From NCBI RefSeq assembly GCF_021028975.2, contig NC_059440.1, positions 32,426,001 through 32,490,000 of the forward strand: a DNA stretch of 64,000 nt, in the 5' to 3' direction. The translations under genes and the position numbers were made by a program. Below the pieces are notes generated by a model. That model did no database searches and was not told the origin of the DNA. It worked only from the letters and a program-made list of their open reading frames with translations. Source of the stretch: Sphaerodactylus townsendi (Eukaryota). Below, one piece after another: positions 58,445 through 64,000 of the stretch. Each line of letters begins with the position of its first letter. Position 1 is the stretch's first letter.

Positions 58445-58735
58445 CTGTGAAGACACAGAAAGCTTTCATTAGTGCAGCCAGAAGCAGAACAGACGAGGGG
58501 GGACAGAAGGGAGACAAAATCCAAATGAGGAGGCACACGAGCAGCCGCCCAAACACCAAGCTTGCAAATGAGCCGAGGGGGGGTAAGATAAGCTCCCCAC
58601 TGTGGGAACTTTGCTGCTCCTGGACAACCAAAAGCCAAACCCATTCCAGATCTCTGCTGGGGACTAGGGACCAACTACCTGACGACACAAGGGGGCAGCA
58701 TCAGATTGACATACCAGTACTACAATGGATGACTG

Positions 58736-58858
58736 GAAATTACTAAACGCCAGTAGATTTCCTTTGACCTAGCATTTATGTCCTGTATTATATATGCTTT
58801 TTAATCCGTTTTTTATTATTGTTGTACTGTTGTCTATGCCAATAAAGGCTTGCTTCTT
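58736..58858 (+). mobile_element. short 5'-truncated retroposon 3' end with 16-bp TSD
   Basis: CTACAATGGATGACTG at 58720-58735 and 58859-58874; insert ends ccaataaaggcttgcttctt. Confidence 0.8.
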
Positions 58859-59229
58859 CTACAATGGATGACTGATAGTTTCAGACCTGCCCAGAAAAGA
58901 GACTACAAGAGAGGGAGGCGACTGCTATTTCCTTCCACCCCCAAAGATGTTTTGCCTCACCTAAAACACACACCTAAATTTAGGCACTGAACAAATAAAA
59001 ATCCTAAACTTAATCAATTACTAGCCCAAACAACAATTTTTTTCTTAACTAGTCCCTAGTCCCCTGGTTTCTGCCATTGCCAAGAATAAGATTGCCCCTC
59101 CAGCCTCCAATCCATATTTGTCCTGGAGAGAAGCATTCCGGATTGGCAGTGCTCTCTCACACCCTGAAGGTCCCGGGGGTCTGAACGTTCTGCCTTTTCA
59201 GGCAAATTCATGATTAAATCCCCCCCTAC

Positions 59230-59335
59230 CTGTTGGAGCTGTGAGAAGACCTAAGGTATTTTGCAGAGATAATATTCAGAGACAGGATAGCATCCACTGC
59301 AGCTTCGTCGACTTCTGCTTTGTTTCTGATGCGCC
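59230..59335 (-). CDS. KIF1B: KIF1B exon
   Basis: 106 nt; GRIRNKAEVDEAAVDAILSLNIISAKYLRSSHSSN. Confidence 0.95.
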
Positions 59336-59548
59336 CTGAGAAGGAAGAAATAATGCTGTAAAAAACTGGGATGGTTTTTAGCTTAGAACCATGGAAAAGA
59401 GAGAGGGGACTGTGAACCTCTTCAAAGGTTCCTTTTCCAAAAGAGCAATATTTCTAATAACGATTAATCATCCTAACAAATCCACCATTCTCTGTGCACA
59501 GTGCTGTTTCCCCCTCTCCCAGCAAGCAGGAAGTGAAGGACGCACGAT

Positions 59549-60068
59549 CAGTGGTGGGATCCAAAAATTTTAGTAACAGGTTCCCTCGCCAGCCCCCCTC
59601 AGCAAAGGGGGCAGAGGCGTACCTAGGCAAACCTGAACCCTGGGCAAAACCTGAGTTGGATGCCCCCCCCATGGGAAGCCACCCCACCACGACCCCCCTC
59701 CAATTTTTTTTGCACCAGGTCATTTCTAAATCATCATCACATTATAGAAAATGCCCCAACTCACAAATCTGAACACAGCAATGGTGAAACACACAGGTTC
59801 TTTGATAGAGACTGGTGAGATAAAAGGTACGAAAGGCTGAGAATCAATGAATTGCAGTACCTGAAAGGGATTAACCCAGTTCAGGGAGTTACCTTATTAG
59901 TCACAATTGCTACATGGAACCTTCATGTTCAAAGGCAGTCTGCCTCTTGGGGAGGCAAGGGCGTGGAGATGGAAAAGTGGACCCAATTAGTAACCCCCTC
60001 TCGGCACACTCAAATAATTAGTAACCCACTCTCGGGAACTGGTGAGAACCTGCTGGATCCCACCTCTG
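59549..60068 (-). mobile_element. non-autonomous hAT-type element (520 bp), same termini as the 28692 copy
   Basis: TIRs CAGTGGTGGGATCCA / TGGATCCCACCTCTG; perfect TSD CGCACGAT. Confidence 0.9.
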
Positions 60069-60764
60069 CGCACGATGACATATCAATGGCAGGCCTCCAA
60101 GAAGTTCCAGGAAAATCAGAAAGTTCTCGTTGTTCTTTTTAAAGGCAAGGAGTGAAGGAACAGAGAATAAATTCCACGCTGAAGGAGGAGGTGACACAGC
60201 ATGAGTTATTTGGAACTGAAGGTGAGAGAGCCCAAACTGAGCTCAGGGGAACACCTGGACAAAGCTCCAAGCATAGGTCTGACAACATAGCCTGGTTTGA
60301 CCAGGCCAGAGCAGACTCAGCCTTCTACAAGACTTAGGCATCTTAGGAAGCACAGGTGGTAGGAGAGCAGGGGTGTGTGTCGAAGTTCTAAAACAAAAAT
60401 GTACTTTTATACTTATGGACTTGTTGCCCCCAGCTCTGCCTCCCGCTCCCAATACACCACCCCAATTCTAGAGTAGCTAGCGTAAGCCACTGCCCTTGGC
60501 TGACCAGGCAATGGGTCAGCAGACAGCTACAGGTGTTGCCCAACCATTTGGCTGAACCCTGTGCAAATGTAGTTTTAGCTAAACCACAGAAATGAGCCAC
60601 GGTCTTTCCTTTTTAGGTGTACAATTGAAGACATTCTGTAAACGTGACAACTGTTTGCAGAGTCACAATGTCATAAGTATGCTGGTCACGGAGCCAAGGA
60701 CTTTCTGACTCCAGGTTGACCTTTGACACTGTAGCAAATGGAGGTTTATTGCCATGCAAAAGGT

Positions 60765-60910
60765 TCCAGGTTGACTCAGCCTTCCATCCTTCCAAGTTGG
60801 GTAAAATGTGTACCCTGCTTGCTGGGGGTGAAGTGTAGGTGATTGGGGAAGGCAATGGCAAACCACTCCAGAAAAAACTCAGATGGGACATCAATCCCAT
60901 GGGTCAGCAA
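60765..60910 (+). mobile_element. Sauria SINE fragment
   Basis: ggttgactcagccttccatccttcc..gggtaaaatg.gtacc core and BovB-like ggaaggcaatggcaaaccac. Confidence 0.75.
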
Positions 60911-60999
60911 AAGGTAGAAACAGTTCCAAGACCAATGGGAAAGTAACTCCAAAGTTAACAAAAGAGGGAACAGCCAATCAGGATGCGACTGTCACTTAC

Positions 61000-61084
61000 C
61001 AACCACCAGTTCCCGCACATCTTTCCAATGCAACTCGTTGCCTTTCTCGTGGATAATAGTGACTGTGATCCGACGCTGTATTCC
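61000..61084 (-). CDS. KIF1B: KIF1B exon
   Basis: 85 nt; [28 protein letters not shown]. Confidence 0.95.
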
Positions 61085-61163
61085 CTGAAGGAGTGGAAGG
61101 GACAGATACACAGGGTCTCAGGAAGCGATCTTTTATACCAGCTACTTTTTAGTCCTTCTAACT

Positions 61164-61311
61164 CAGAGGTCTGCAACCTGCGGTTCTCCAGATGTTCATG
61201 GACTACAATTCCCATCAGCTCCTGCCAGCATGACCAGTTGGCCATGCTGGCAGGGGCTGATGGGATTTATAGTCCATGAACATCTGGAGAACCGCAGGTT
61301 GCAGACCCCTG
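61164..61311. mobile_element. palindromic hAT MITE (148 bp, TCTGCAACC subfamily)
   Basis: hairpin; perfect TSD TTCTAACT. Confidence 0.93.
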
Positions 61312-61998
61312 TTCTAACTAGAAAGGCTAAGGGACAGGCAAGGGACTTTCTGCAAGCATGGCAGATATTCTACTGACGAGTGGCAGCCCTTCCACCAAAG
61401 CTTAACCTCGAAGACATCCTCTTCATTCAATCAAACATCTTTCCAGGAGAAATACGAAGTTGCACTTCCCTGTAACTGCAGTTCATCAAGTGGGATTCTG
61501 TACAGCCCCACATTGGGACTGCACAGAATACTCACAAAGATGAACAGAGCAGTATCATCTTAAAGAACCCTCTGTAGAACAGAGCTTTGACTCTTGAAAG
61601 CTTATAGCTGCCAAATCTTGTCTCTCTATGGTGCTACTGGACTCGAATTCAGCGGTTCCCCTCCAAAAATAGATTTTATCCCAAAAGTCAGAGGGAAAAG
61701 ACACCATGACAGCCTCCTTGAAATAAAAGAGGAAGAACAGTGTTCACTCTCTTGGGCTCTTCCTCTGCATGACTTCCCCCTCCCCCCGCCTCCAGTTATC
61801 CTGGTGCTCTCTGTATTTCCGGTTCCAACTTGTGCTGGAGCCAATGGAATCCATGCTTGAGGCAAAGTGTAAAGACTAATGTGCTAGACAATGGCCCTAT
61901 CAGCAGAAAATATCAGGCTGTCTGAATCCACCAACATTTTCCTGCTAACACAGACAGCGCACGGCATTTTGCACAACCCCAATTCAAGGCAAGACTAC

Positions 61999-62065
61999 CT
62001 GGTGAAGCAAAAAGGTTCCCTGGCAGGGCAGTCCCCCCGTGTGGTCAACAATAGCAGGGATGTAT
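61999..62065 (-). CDS. KIF1B: KIF1B exon
   Basis: 67 nt; [22 protein letters not shown]. Confidence 0.95.
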
Positions 62066-62689
62066 CTGCAGCAAAGAGAAGACGGAGCAGAAACTAAATC
62101 AGAGAAGAAACTTTCACAGAGTCATGCAGATCAGTCACTGATAGCTCTCCTAAAGGCTTGAGGAACACTGCAATAAAAACCCCACAAGACATCAAGATTT
62201 AAGCAGCAAACCATTCAACAAATATTATGGCCAAGACTAAGCATTATGACCCCTAGGAATAAAACGGGTGTGTGGGGTGGCTGGGAAGGGAAAGCCAGAC
62301 AGGGCCTTACTCTGGTCTCACTTCAGATACATGTTTCAGACAATGGGGCAAGAATCCTAAAAAAAGATAACACTACTCCGGGTTCTTAAATCAAGGACTT
62401 CAGAAATCTCTACCTGGCTGATAAAAATATTGACCCACAGCCTTCCTGACATTTTAGAAGGCCTTTCCCTGGGAACATTTAAGCATATTCTTGCATGGAA
62501 AAGGACTTGTCCTTTACAAGAAACAAACTCACTAAAATTCCGACCACACGTTCCTTTTTTTAAAATTTATCTGCATGCCAGAGAAATCCCAGCCTCCCAC
62601 ATCCCTGTCAACAGGCAAAGCATCCCTCCAGCCTGAAGCACAGGCCTTTCAGACATTGCAACAGACACAACGAGGCAAGGCATACTCAC

Positions 62690-62798
62690 TCTCCAGTGGG
62701 CTCCAGTTCACTGATCTCAAACCACACCAGGAGGTCATATTTGGTCACACTCTGGCCCAAGCTGGGTTTGCTCACCGTGTTGAGCTTGGTTGCTGGAA
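62690..62798 (-). CDS. KIF1B: KIF1B exon (most 5' exon found in the window)
   Basis: 109 nt; [35 protein letters not shown]. Confidence 0.95.
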
Positions 62799-63024
62799 CT
62801 TGGGAGAGAAAAAGAACCAGTTTACAAAAACAATGTAAAAACGTGCTTAACCCTATTGCTTAACATGCCAGTCCAGAGTCTACAAATGCCAGATGAATGA
62901 AAGTAGCACAAGCACTTGTATACAGAAACTTTGAAGTTTGATGTCACACTTCTAAAGCCAACCCTGAACATGACTTGAAGAGCTCTCTTCCCCCAAGTGT
63001 CTGGGGATAGTTAGCAGAAATGCT

Positions 63025-63240
63025 TATTTACGATATTCATGTCCCACCCTTTCTCTCCAAAGGGGACCCAAAGAGGCTTAGGCCACACTCCTTGCCTGCA
63101 TTTCATCCTCACAACAACACCACTATGAGGTTGCTTTCCGGAGAGTGTGCGACTGTTCCGAGGTCACCCAGCAAGCTGCCATGGTGGAGTGGAGATTTGA
63201 ATCTGAGCATCCCAGATCCTAGCCCAACACTCCCACACGT
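63025..63240 (-). mobile_element. old MIR/CORE-SINE
   Basis: catcctcacaacaac...aggtcacccagcaag...gatttgaatctg. Confidence 0.6.
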
Positions 63241-63317
63241 TAGCTCTCACTCTTGCAAGCAGGCAGAAATGTCCCGGCTGGGTATGAAGAAGAATTATTT
63301 TTACAATAAGATATTTG

Positions 63318-63615
63318 GGGAGGGGGTGCGCTCCCTCCCACTGGCAGTCTTCAAGCAGCGGCTGGATGAACACTTGTCAAGGATGCTTTAAGTTTATCTG
63401 CATTGAGCAGGGGTTGGACTAGATCAGGGGTAGGGAACCTGCGGCTCTCCAGATGTTCAGGAACTACAATTCCCATCAGCCCCTACCAGCATGGCCAATT
63501 GGCCATGCTGACAGAGGCTGATGGGAATTGTAGTTCCTGAACATCTGGAGAGCCGCAGGTTCCCTACCCCTGGACTAGATGGCCTGTATGGTGCCTTCCA
63601 ACTCTATGATTCTAT
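63318..63615 (+). mobile_element. CR1 3' end interrupted by a MITE
   Basis: SLPLAVFKQRLDEHLSRML-stop; ggggttggactagat|...|ggcctgtatggtgccttccaactctatgattctat. Confidence 0.85.
63425..63572. mobile_element. palindromic hAT MITE (148 bp)
   Basis: exact reverse complement of 23535-23682; perfect TSD GACTAGAT. Confidence 0.95.
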
Positions 63616-64000
63616 AGGGTGTGCTATAGAGTGGGGGAGTAAAGGTGATGTATTGGGGTCCCTCCCTTACCATGCAGCAGTCTGGGGGGTGGGGCAGGAT
63701 AAATTCCCTGTACTACTTTAGAACATCAGTTGCCCATTCATAGCCACCGTCCTACAAAAGAGCAGCTGCAGTTGTGCTCACAGCAGCCATGACCTCATCA
63801 CAGCTGGTCTGAGCTGCTGACGATAAATCAGGAGATGGGTCAGGGATGAAAGTCCAGTGCTAAGCAGTGCAACTGAACCACATTATAATGAGAAGCTGAA
63901 CGCCCAGAAGCTGCTGCGTTTCTGGAAACCGTTCTGCAAAACAAACGCTTGCCTTGGATGTGCCTATTGCAGTAGGAGGCTTTTCGAGACTCAGGGCAGA

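Overview
Vertebrate genomic DNA, most likely a squamate reptile and probably a gecko, judged from Squam3/MIR-like CORE-SINEs with (CTT)n tails, a Sauria SINE, and CR1/L2/Rex1/Penelope remnants. It carries the conserved block orthologous to human 1p36.22: DFFA (+, exons 2-6), then on the minus strand CORT (2 exons, 111-aa preprocortistatin/SS2), CENPS/APITD1 (5 exons, 140 aa), PGD (13 exons, 483 aa) and the 3' part of KIF1B-beta (15 constitutive exons, a 27-nt cassette exon and a ~4.2-kb 3'UTR). Exon boundaries were read by hand from GT/AG sites and the phases close. A 433-N assembly gap lies at 56840-57272. I see no unequivocally new gene system. The best leads are: (1) a hAT-type element family whose two copies share termini but carry unrelated cargo (Pack-like capture); (2) Penelope-type hammerhead ribozyme motifs, one inside an unclassified 880-bp element with a 14-bp TSD; (3) a very young 148-bp, almost fully palindromic MITE; (4) a SINE whose tail forms part of the polypyrimidine tract of a KIF1B exon; (5) inverted SINE pairs around DFFA exon 5 and PGD exons 5-7; (6) direct repeats bracketing the CENPS promoter and exon 1; (7) a phase-compatible CENPS-CORT read-through; (8) an atypical [Ser2] cortistatin peptide. 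Repeat family names and orthologue comparisons come from recalled consensus features, not from database searches.
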